Positions 53,660-61,449 of a stretch of DNA of 62,713 nt are shown piece by piece (position 1 is the first letter of the stretch; each line of letters begins with the position of its first letter). Origin of the DNA: a virus (lineage: Duplodnaviria; Caudoviricetes); the IMG/VR virus record IMGVR_UViG_3300044769_000040, positions 1 through 62,713 of that record. The stretch is one strand, 5' to 3'. A program made the translations under genes and the position numbers. Below the pieces are notes generated by a model that saw nothing but the letters and a program-made list of their open reading frames with translations, was not told the DNA's origin and made no database searches.

Positions 53660-56026
53660 ATGGAGAAGGCACCAGGTGCCAAGTGTGACGAATGTCCACT
53701 CAAGGAGATGAAGCATGTTCCCGGAAGCGGACCGAACAGCGCGGCTCTTGCGGTCGTCGGAGAAGCCCCCGGTGCAGGAGAAATCGCAACAGGAGTTCCC
53801 TTCTCCGGAGTCTCCGGACAACTCCTCAACAACATCCTCAAGTACCACGGAATCAAACGAGAGGAGACCTATGTCACAAACGTCGTCCTATGTCGCCCCC
53901 CAGACAATCGGACACCAACGACAAAAGAGATTGGGGCCTGTCACAATCGCCTCATCCAGGAGCTTCGGGGTACAGGAGCCAAGAGTGTTCTCGCGTTGGG
54001 AGCTACAGCTGCGCAGTCACTTCTGGCCTCACGGACTGCTATTAGTAAACTTCGGACTGAACCAGACTTGGCGTCGCCGTACTTGGGATCTGGAGTTCAT
54101 GTCATCCCTACATTCCACCCAGCGGCGGCACTCCGGACACCTGACTATTTCCCGTCCATCCTCAAAGATGTCGCAAAGATCAATGCTGTACAGGTTGTAT
54201 GGGAACACACTAAATACCAGGTGGTCGACAACGAAGTCAAAGCAAGGGACCTCCTCAGCAAGCAAGTAGAACAGGCAGCTGGTAACGGAGGCATCATAAC
54301 CTTCGACGCAGAGCTTGACATCGAAGCAATCAAAGGTGCAGTCGATCTAAAGAACCCAGTGTGGCTATGTGCAGGTATCTCATCGAGACCAGGAGCTGCC
54401 GTTGTTTACACCCCAGAGGTATTGACTCCAAACTTTTGGGCACAATTGAACGATACCTTCCTTGACAACCGTCTTCGTTGGACATACCAGAACGGTAAGT
54501 TCGATATTCAGCCCCTGTGGGGGTCTGGTGTCACGAACGCCCGCGTTGACGAAGACACGATGCTAATGCACTACAGCACAGATGAGAGGAAAGGTACACA
54601 TGACCTTGAACAACTGGCGGTTGAGATACTGGGAGCACCGGCTTACAAAACGGATACCCGTCGTTTTCTTCCTCGTACTGGGGCGTCTCTTCGTTATCTG
54701 CCTCCTGATATTCTTCATCAGTATAATGCTGCTGATGCCGATGTTACTCATAGGCTGGTGGATCCTCTCCAATCTGAGATGAAGTCAGACGGTGTCGAGC
54801 GGCCTTACTACGAGCTTCTGATTCCGGGTAGTGATGTACTTGGTAGGGCTGAGTACTTGGGTACTAAGGTCGACCGAGACCGTCTAGATGAACTGGCAGA
54901 CGAGTTGTGGGAGGAGTTGATACCTAAGCGGAAGGAACTAGAACAGTGGGTAGCGAACCCGAACTCTCCGAAGCAGATCAAAGCAATGCTTGATGACGTC
55001 TATGACATCGACACGGAGAGTACAGACAAGGAACACCTACAAGCCATAAAGGAGAAGCATGGAGGAGAAATCGGAGAGTTCGTTAGCAAGCTTCTGGACT
55101 ATCGTCAGCAAGCCAAGCTACGTTCCACATACGTTGTCGGACTTGCTAAGCGCCTGGTTCGAAGTCGAGTCCATACTACATTCCTCCTTCATGGCACGGA
55201 CACCGGCCGTCTTTCCAGCAGGAATCCAAATCTTCAAAACATTCCGTCTGGATCCAAAATTCGTGACCTCTACGTCGCTGGTCCGGAAAACGTATTACTC
55301 AGTGCTGACTATAGCCAAATTGAATTTCGTCTCGCCGCCATCCTATCTGGAGATGAATGGCTTCTTGACCAGTTTAGGCAAAACCGGTCGTTTCACACGG
55401 AAGTGGCCCACCGGTTCTTCGGAGAAGATTATACGGAACTACAGTATCTCCGGGCAAAGGCAGTCAACTTTGGCATCCTATACCTTAGAGGAGCTAAGTC
55501 CCTCGCAGATGAACACAAGTTTCCAGTTGCAGAGGGCTATCGAATGATCCGAGAGTTCTACCAACAGATGCCCAAAGTGAAGGAGTACCAGGATGACATC
55601 CACCGCCAGATCCGTCACAACGGCTACCTTGAATCCTACTTCGGACGTAAGCGACGCTTCTGGCTCGTTACAAGAGAGAATTGGCATATGGTATCTAAGG
55701 AGGGAGTTGCGTTCCCTACACAATCTGCTGCTTCTGATCTCAATCTACAAAGTGCAATCCGCCTTGAACCTCTACTACGCGGAAAGGCTGCTGTGCTTAT
55801 CCCAGTACATGACTCTCTTGTCTTTGAATGCCGCCGACAGTACCTCGAAGAGGTAGCATACACAGTTCGCGAAGTGATGGAAGATACACCCGTCAGAGAC
55901 ATCTGTCCAACACCAATCGAAATCAAGGTCGGTCTCAAGTGGGGATCACACCGTGGGAGGTGCCCTGATAGAGTGTGCTACCACCTGAAGGAGTACAAGG
56001 GAGGTCCGTATGTCGCAGCAGCCTGA
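53660..56026 (+). CDS. polA: Family A DNA polymerase with N-terminal family-4 uracil-DNA glycosylase domain
   Basis: UDG4: CDEC, GEAPG, CRPP, HPAA. Exo: DAE, NGKFD, YNAAD. Pol: DYSQIE, KAVNFG..Y, VHDS. Confidence 0.93.
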   Translation: MEKAPGAKCDECPLKEMKHVPGSGPNSAALAVVGEAPGAGEIATGVPFSGVSGQLLNNILKYHGIKREETYVTNVVLCRPPDNRTPTTKEIGACHNRLIQELRGTGAKSVLALGATAAQSLLASRTAISKLRTEPDLASPYLGSGVHVIPTFHPAAALRTPDYFPSILKDVAKINAVQVVWEHTKYQVVDNEVKARDLLSKQVEQAAGNGGIITFDAELDIEAIKGAVDLKNPVWLCAGISSRPGAAVVYTPEVLTPNFWAQLNDTFLDNRLRWTYQNGKFDIQPLWGSGVTNARVDEDTMLMHYSTDERKGTHDLEQLAVEILGAPAYKTDTRRFLPRTGASLRYLPPDILHQYNAADADVTHRLVDPLQSEMKSDGVERPYYELLIPGSDVLGRAEYLGTKVDRDRLDELADELWEELIPKRKELEQWVANPNSPKQIKAMLDDVYDIDTESTDKEHLQAIKEKHGGEIGEFVSKLLDYRQQAKLRSTYVVGLAKRLVRSRVHTTFLLHGTDTGRLSSRNPNLQNIPSGSKIRDLYVAGPENVLLSADYSQIEFRLAAILSGDEWLLDQFRQNRSFHTEVAHRFFGEDYTELQYLRAKAVNFGILYLRGAKSLADEHKFPVAEGYRMIREFYQQMPKVKEYQDDIHRQIRHNGYLESYFGRKRRFWLVTRENWHMVSKEGVAFPTQSAASDLNLQSAIRLEPLLRGKAAVLIPVHDSLVFECRRQYLEEVAYTVREVMEDTPVRDICPTPIEIKVGLKWGSHRGRCPDRVCYHLKEYKGGPYVAAA

Positions 56027-56381
56027 GAGGGGCGGGATGCCTACACCTCACCCACAGGGCGTTCCATTGGTGAACCCGGCACCTCTTGATCACAAGACTA
56101 CAGTCACTGGAGCACAGTTCCCAGTGATGGATCCTGGAGACGGAAGTGGCGAACCAAAGCTGGTCCTGAAGGAACACGTTGTCGTCTTCCACTCGACTCC
56201 TGCAGGAACTGCAACGATGGTTTGGGAACTAGACGTCGCAGAGAAGATCGCTCTTGACGTCTACGGCGCAGTTAGGAGGATGCGGAGCAACATCGTCCTA
56301 CCCGGTGACGGAAGTAACCTTCGAGAGATCTCCCGAGACATGATGAACAAGGCACTCGATGAAAAGGAAAAAGATGCCTAG
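56010..56381 (+). CDS. Hypothetical protein
   Basis: 123 aa, SD GGAGG. Confidence 0.65.
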   Translation: MSQQPERGGMPTPHPQGVPLVNPAPLDHKTTVTGAQFPVMDPGDGSGEPKLVLKEHVVVFHSTPAGTATMVWELDVAEKIALDVYGAVRRMRSNIVLPGDGSNLREISRDMMNKALDEKEKDA

Positions 56382-56610
56382 AGGTAGTAAGGTGCCTATT
56401 GGGACAGAGACCATAAACAAGAACGGCTACACAATGGTGAAGACCTCGAACGGATGGGCATTCAAGCATTGGATCGTTGCAGAGAAGAAGCTTGGCAGAC
56501 CCTTACACTCCGACGAGAGAGTCTATTTCAAGAACCGAAACAACCGAGACTTCCGTCCATCCAACATCGAGGTGCGAGAGAGGAAGAGTCATGCCGATGG
56601 TCTGTCCTAG
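56374..56610 (+). CDS. HNH-like endonuclease (possibly degenerate)
   Basis: NGY...HWIVAEKKLGRPL...VYFKNRN..DFRPSNI; usual catalytic HH replaced by YF. Confidence 0.7.
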   Translation: MPRGSKVPIGTETINKNGYTMVKTSNGWAFKHWIVAEKKLGRPLHSDERVYFKNRNNRDFRPSNIEVRERKSHADGLS

Positions 56611-56986
56611 ATGTGGGAAGATCTACCCGGTAGCGAAGGATGCAACAAGAGCCTGGTGCGGACAAGATATGGCATTGCTCTTGCCTACTGACGAACCTTA
56701 TGTCCCTCTACCTCAAGGCCCAGGAGGAAAGAAGAGGATGGTTCCTTCTCCTGGAGAACAGGCTCGGATACTAGAACAACAGGCGCGATGTTGCATCTAC
56801 TGTGACAGACCTTTCGGAGGTGACGTTCGCGTTACTTGGGACCACTTTGTCCCTTGGAGTTACTCCCAACGAAACGAGAAATTCGTGGCAGCGTGCCAGA
56901 GATGTAACAGCAAGAAGTCCGACAAGATGTTCCAAACCCTCGAGGAGGCACGTGCGTACCTTGAGTCAGTTCTTCACAAAGTTTAG
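56591..56986 (+). CDS. HNH endonuclease
   Basis: CIYC, DHFVP, ACQRCNSKK. Confidence 0.85.
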   Translation: MPMVCPRCGKIYPVAKDATRAWCGQDMALLLPTDEPYVPLPQGPGGKKRMVPSPGEQARILEQQARCCIYCDRPFGGDVRVTWDHFVPWSYSQRNEKFVAACQRCNSKKSDKMFQTLEEARAYLESVLHKV

Positions 56987-57125
56987 ACTTGCTCAACGAG
57001 CTATGAATCTCTATGGAGTTCCATACTTAGATTCTTCTCTAACCTATGGAGTATACCTATCGAGCTTACTAGGGTTGAGGTTGCGAGTAGTCACCGTTAG
57101 AGAAAAGTCTATAAGGAGGTGAAAC

Positions 57126-57305
57126 ATGAACGTCTTTCTGATAGCGGCACTCGTAAGTGCCATCTTTGCCTTCATCACAGAGGTGTCTGACGAGAAGGAA
57201 ATCCTCCTGTCAGTAGCAGGATGGCTGATCCTCACACTGGCCTTCTATCTCGCCTCACTTCTGTTTGGATTTGCCGTCGGGGCGAAGCGACAGAACACTC
57301 CTTGA
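57126..57305 (+). CDS. Two-TM membrane protein (59 aa)
   Basis: AAGGAGGTG SD; two hydrophobic helices. Confidence 0.7.
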   Translation: MNVFLIAALVSAIFAFITEVSDEKEILLSVAGWLILTLAFYLASLLFGFAVGAKRQNTP

Positions 57306-57330
57306 TTTTGACAAGTGGTTGCTATAGAAT
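57302..57330 (+). promoter_or_regulatory. SigA-like promoter TTGATT-17-TAGAAT
   Basis: Promoter family match. Confidence 0.75.
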
Positions 57331-57350
57331 AGATAGAGGAGGTGAACTCC

Positions 57351-57410
57351 ATGGCCAAACCGAAGGGTCCAAAGAAGCCAAAACCTGTCAAGCAGCCGAA
57401 GGGATACTGA
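57351..57410 (+). CDS. 19-aa Lys/Pro micropeptide
   Basis: MAKPKGPKKPKPVKQPKGY; GAGGAGGTG SD; first ORF after promoter. Confidence 0.6.
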   Translation: MAKPKGPKKPKPVKQPKGY

Positions 57411-57411
57411 T

Positions 57412-57600
57412 ATGCCAGCACTAGCCACACCTTCGATCTATGCCAAGTTGGAGCGTATGGAGATCCAGGGACCAAAGGGTGTTGCTCGCATCTACTGGGT
57501 CTGTGGTAACTGCAGTGAGCACATCTACCGTACAGCCGAGGGAACTAAGACACCGGATGACTATAGGTACTGTCCGAACTGTGGTGCGAGGTTCGAGTGA
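57412..57600 (+). CDS. Zn-ribbon protein
   Basis: CGNC...YCPNCG. Confidence 0.7.
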   Translation: MPALATPSIYAKLERMEIQGPKGVARIYWVCGNCSEHIYRTAEGTKTPDDYRYCPNCGARFE

Positions 57601-57974
57601 AGACGAACGCCGAGATGGTTGCAGAGTTCCATCGAGCCTTTGGCGTCCCTAGTCTTGACAGGCCAGGCTTCCCCGACGGACGAGTATCTCTCCGAATCAA
57701 CCTCATCACGGAGGAGTTCGTTGAGTTGCTTCTTGCTATCGGCCAACGTGATATCGTCGAGGTAGCAGATGCACTTGCTGACCTCCTCGTTGTCACGTAC
57801 GGTACGGCACTCGAGTTTGGCATCCCAATCGATGAAGTGTTCGAAGAGGTGCATGACTCGAATATGTCAAAGCTTGACGAGAATGGCAAGCCCATCTACC
57901 GTGAGGACGGCAAAGTCCTCAAAGGACCCAATTGGCGCCCGCCAGACATTCGTCACATTCTGGAGGAAGAATGA
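57597..57974 (+). CDS. All-alpha NTP pyrophosphohydrolase (MazG-like)
   Basis: EFHRAF, EEFVE, DALADLLVVTYG, VHDSNMSK, GKVLKG. Confidence 0.88.
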   Translation: MKTNAEMVAEFHRAFGVPSLDRPGFPDGRVSLRINLITEEFVELLLAIGQRDIVEVADALADLLVVTYGTALEFGIPIDEVFEEVHDSNMSKLDENGKPIYREDGKVLKGPNWRPPDIRHILEEE

Positions 57975-58207
57975 ACGGTTACGGCATTCCTGACTACGAA
58001 CCAGCACCAGAGTGGGGACACTCTAGCTGGTTCCAGAGGTGGCGGTGTAAGCGTAAGGGTGGACACTTCGGTCCTATTGAGAGATTTGTCCTCATGGGCA
58101 ACATGGACGTAAACTCTCTCGTGTGCTCGAATCCGAAGTGCCGTGCATACTTGGGTGACATTCCTATTCGACGAGTGGAGAAGCCTCTTGCGCCTCCTAG
58201 CCCTTGA
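57971..58207 (+). CDS. Hypothetical protein
   Basis: ATGA overlap; Cys/His-containing. Confidence 0.55.
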   Translation: MNGYGIPDYEPAPEWGHSSWFQRWRCKRKGGHFGPIERFVLMGNMDVNSLVCSNPKCRAYLGDIPIRRVEKPLAPPSP

Positions 58208-58652
58208 TCCTGGAGCTACCACTGGGTGGGCAATATTCACCAAGGGTGCAGTAGGTGAACGATATACTTCAGGACAAGTCGCACAAGACAAAGTCTGGGA
58301 CCTCCTTCAAACGGCTAGGTGGGGACAGAACGGCCCTATCGACTTGACTATCATCTGCGAGTCGTTCCAACATCGTCAACTTCCGAAGGTCGATCTGTCT
58401 CCAGTCGAGGTGATCGGTGTCGTCAAGGAGTGGGCTAGGCAGAACAAAGTCGAGATCGTCTGGCAGACACCGGCTCAGGGGAAGGCATTCTGGGACGACA
58501 ACCGACTCGCCAAACTTGACTTACTGAGGAAGCCCAAGACGAACTGGCGACACGCGAACGATGCAATGAGACACATACTCTGGTACCTTGGCTTCGGCAA
58601 GGGAGTACGCATCGGCGAAGCCGGAAACCTACTTCCAAAGAAGGGAGCGTGA
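58188..58652 (+). CDS. RuvC-like Holliday junction resolvase
   Basis: LALDPGATTGWA, ICESF, HANDAMRH. Confidence 0.8.
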   Translation: MRLLALDPGATTGWAIFTKGAVGERYTSGQVAQDKVWDLLQTARWGQNGPIDLTIICESFQHRQLPKVDLSPVEVIGVVKEWARQNKVEIVWQTPAQGKAFWDDNRLAKLDLLRKPKTNWRHANDAMRHILWYLGFGKGVRIGEAGNLLPKKGA

Positions 58653-58721
58653 TAGAACACAGACCAAACCGCAGTTGCCGTGGCCTCAAGTCGAGGCCCA
58701 ACGACGAAGCGGAGGTGCAGA

Positions 58722-59141
58722 ATGCAACCGATTTTGCCACGGTGGTTGCTTGTGGTGTTAGCGTTCCTGTTGTTGGGGTTCGCATTCATAGCAGCAGCGA
58801 GCAACGCAAGTGCAGGAGGGTGGAACAAAGAGTGTCGGGGTTACTCACCAGCCAAGACGGTTCGTTGCATAGCAGCGAAGCAAGACCCGCCTGGCGGAGT
58901 CGCAGAGGCTCTCAGCGTTTGGCATTGCGAGAGCAACTTCGGTGTCGAGCCCTCGCATTCCGATTCATATCACGGTCCCTTCCAGTATCTCAGGACTACA
59001 TACGCGAACCAGAGAACATCGATGCCGGACATCGATCGCTGGTACGGACTATCGGTGTTTGTTCACAACTGGAGGTCGAACATCATCACGGCTGTCTCTT
59101 GGGCAGCTCGTCATGGATGGGGACCTTGGGGATGTGCATAG
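58722..59141 (+). CDS. Secreted/membrane-anchored lytic transglycosylase (SLT/Rpf-like)
   Basis: N-terminal hydrophobic signal; CESNF, GPFQY, WGPWGC. Confidence 0.75.
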   Translation: MQPILPRWLLVVLAFLLLGFAFIAAASNASAGGWNKECRGYSPAKTVRCIAAKQDPPGGVAEALSVWHCESNFGVEPSHSDSYHGPFQYLRTTYANQRTSMPDIDRWYGLSVFVHNWRSNIITAVSWAARHGWGPWGCA

Positions 59142-59151
59142 GAGGTGAAGA

Positions 59152-59832
59152 GTGAAAGTTTACCGCGCAGGACGCAAGGGAACTAAGTTCTCTGAGTTTG
59201 GTCCTCTGAAGGAAGCCCGTGTCGACTTTGTCGATCGTATCAAGGGCAAGGGACCGTACAAGTGGAAGAAGAAGAACGCTCCGATCACCGACTGGTCTCG
59301 AGAGATGGGCCAGCCAGCCTTGATGAAGAACTTTGACCGTGAAGTTCCTCTAATGGGTGAGGACAACGCCTTCTGGTGTAAAGTGGTCTCCACAGGGGCC
59401 ATCTTCGTCCTCGACATTGGTGAGGCACACATCGTTGTACCCCCACCTCCATCTGGCATCTCTAAGTCGATCGCCAAAGCGCACAGGCTGACCTTCAAGG
59501 AAGCTGAACTTATCCAACTCGAGGACGGTATCTCACGGCGTATCATTACGATGGGGTACACCGTTTGCAAGCTTATCTCCGGGACACGAGTTCCTTCTCA
59601 ACACTGTCCCGGTCCACCTTCACCAACTGGTGGCAATGCTATGGACTGGGTGGTCCAGAAGCAGGTCAGCGGCACGTGGGGCGTTGACATCGCCGGGACA
59701 GATCGAGTTGTCAAGAAGCTGAACAATAGCGGCTTCCCGGAAGTGCTCTGGCGAGGAGTTGCAAGCCACTATCCCAACCACGCACACACGTCAGGCAACC
59801 CAAAGAGGAGTGGGTGGCCAGCCTGCCTGTGA
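59152..59832 (+). CDS. Putative endolysin (M15-like Zn peptidase)
   Basis: SQH...NAMD...HYPNHAH metal-binding pattern. Confidence 0.55.
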   Translation: MKVYRAGRKGTKFSEFGPLKEARVDFVDRIKGKGPYKWKKKNAPITDWSREMGQPALMKNFDREVPLMGEDNAFWCKVVSTGAIFVLDIGEAHIVVPPPPSGISKSIAKAHRLTFKEAELIQLEDGISRRIITMGYTVCKLISGTRVPSQHCPGPPSPTGGNAMDWVVQKQVSGTWGVDIAGTDRVVKKLNNSGFPEVLWRGVASHYPNHAHTSGNPKRSGWPACL

Positions 59833-59840
59833 GCTGATAA

Positions 59841-59896
59841 GTATAGGGACCGGGCAAGCCCCTGAGAGGGAAGGAGGTAACACCCGGTCCCTATAC
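59841..59896. terminator. Bidirectional terminator-like hairpin at convergence of the two arms
   Basis: GTATAGGGACCGGG/CCCGGTCCCTATAC 14-bp stem. Confidence 0.7.
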
Positions 59897-59905
59897 ACCT
59901 TGAAG

Positions 59906-60280
59906 CTATTCGGCTACCTTGCCGTTCTCCAGCGCCTTCGCCTTCTCATGCTTCATAGACGCTCCTGCACTGAGATTGTCGAACAGCTCATGGGCGAACC
60001 CAGCTGCTCCTCCGGCAAGCACACCAGTGAGCACCTGTCCTGCAACGCCCGTCAAACGGGACGACTCACCAGCTAATGCAGGTACCAGTGCGAGGATCGC
60101 TGCACTGAGGTCGATCCCCCAGCCGACGCAGTAGATGATACCGATCAGGAACGCTGCAACGTTCCAGGTCGCAGGCGGCAACGAGTCATCCCTGTCAATC
60201 ACGTTCCTAACCAGATCAACTGACTTCGTGACGACTGCACCTAGTGCTAGAACTGCTGCAAGCACTGCTGCAAAGTCCAT
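59906..60280 (-). CDS. Putative holin
   Basis: 124 aa, 2-3 TM segments, last gene of the virion arm. Confidence 0.7.
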   Translation of the reverse strand: MDFAAVLAAVLALGAVVTKSVDLVRNVIDRDDSLPPATWNVAAFLIGIIYCVGWGIDLSAAILALVPALAGESSRLTGVAGQVLTGVLAGGAAGFAHELFDNLSAGASMKHEKAKALENGKVAE

Positions 60281-60293
60281 GTTTCACCTCCCT

Positions 60294-60878
60294 TCAGTTC
60301 CCGGTTGAGCCCAAAACCTGGACTCCAAGTAAGACCAAACTAATTGCAAAGCTTAGTCCTGCTGCAATGAGGACATACTTGATCTGCTTCCGTTGAGACT
60401 CAATCTTCTCAGAGTTCTGCTGACGCAACGTGTCAAGTGCAGTTTGACGAACTGCTTCTGTCTTCAGTGAGTCTACGTCAGATACTAGGCTCTTGAAGGT
60501 CTCAGAGGTAATCCCATCCGACTTCAAAGTTTCAACATCCGACTTGAGAGTCTTCAGGCTCTCGTCCAACCGAGAGGCGAACGGTGCACCACCACTCTCC
60601 AGTCTATCGAGTCGATCCGCAATGACCTTATTACGCTCGTCGACGTTGTTTGCCGCTTCAGCCACTCTGCTTTCAAGCGTCTCACGAGCGAACGTCAGCA
60701 GTTGCTGTTCGGATATATGCTGCTCGTCATGACTCTCGTGTTCAGCATCGTGAGCACGTCGGCGTTCACGGAGCACGGTAAGGAAGAAGTCCTTGTCAGT
60801 AGTGTACCCTAGCGGAGCCCTCCGATCTCCGCCGGGGGATTGATCATGCTCGTGCCCGTTTCCGTCCTCGTGCGTCAC
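60294..60878 (-). CDS. Coiled-coil protein with C-terminal TM helix
   Basis: 194 aa; hydrophobic C-terminus; next to holin. Confidence 0.65.
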   Translation of the reverse strand: MTHEDGNGHEHDQSPGGDRRAPLGYTTDKDFFLTVLRERRRAHDAEHESHDEQHISEQQLLTFARETLESRVAEAANNVDERNKVIADRLDRLESGGAPFASRLDESLKTLKSDVETLKSDGITSETFKSLVSDVDSLKTEAVRQTALDTLRQQNSEKIESQRKQIKYVLIAAGLSFAISLVLLGVQVLGSTGN

Positions 60879-60883
60879 CTTCC

Positions 60884-61249
60884 CTACTCCTCCTTCTTCA
60901 ACTTCAGCTTGTCTGCTATCTTCAACTTCAGTAGCTCTTTGTTCTGATTGATCTTTTCTTGCTTCTCCTTCTCTTCCTTCTCCCGTTTCACCTTCTCTTT
61001 GGCCATCTCAGCGGGGTCGTCAGGACGATGACCAACCTTCTTCAGGTGCTCCTTGAACAGTGCCTCTTGTGAACCTATTGGGTCGATAGCCACGACAGTT
61101 CCTCGATTGTCCGTTTCGATATCGAGATCGTGTTCAAGAAGGAGGTTCTCTAGCTGGTCTCTCGCCTCATCCGGGATGGTCATATCCTCAGGGATGTAGG
61201 CGATGCCAAAGTACCTCAGTGCTTCTCGCGCTGACATGAAGTCTGTCAT
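60884..61249 (-). CDS. Hypothetical protein
   Basis: 121 aa, charged C-terminus. Confidence 0.65.
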   Translation of the reverse strand: MTDFMSAREALRYFGIAYIPEDMTIPDEARDQLENLLLEHDLDIETDNRGTVVAIDPIGSQEALFKEHLKKVGHRPDDPAEMAKEKVKREKEEKEKQEKINQNKELLKLKIADKLKLKKEE

Positions 61250-61440
61250 TCCCTGAACGCCTCTTGGAGCTTCGCCTCAGTTTGGTTCAGTGCGTTCGTA
61301 CGAGTTGCAGGAGTTATCGTGTCTAGCCATGCCCGATAGAAATCCCGAGCCGCAGTCTCTATTGCAAGAAGTCGGGGCTCGGCCCTCTCAGCCCGATCCC
61401 TCCAGTACTGCATCTCTAACCTCAATTCGTCTGCACTCAT
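61246..61440 (-). CDS. Hypothetical protein
   Basis: 64 aa, SD, ATGA overlap. Confidence 0.6.
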   Translation of the reverse strand: MSADELRLEMQYWRDRAERAEPRLLAIETAARDFYRAWLDTITPATRTNALNQTEAKLQEAFRE

Positions 61441-61449
61441 CTCCCTCTC

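Noticed and set aside
58649-59155. 168-aa alternative-frame ORF
   Set aside because: Overlaps the motif-bearing transglycosylase frame, which has its own SD
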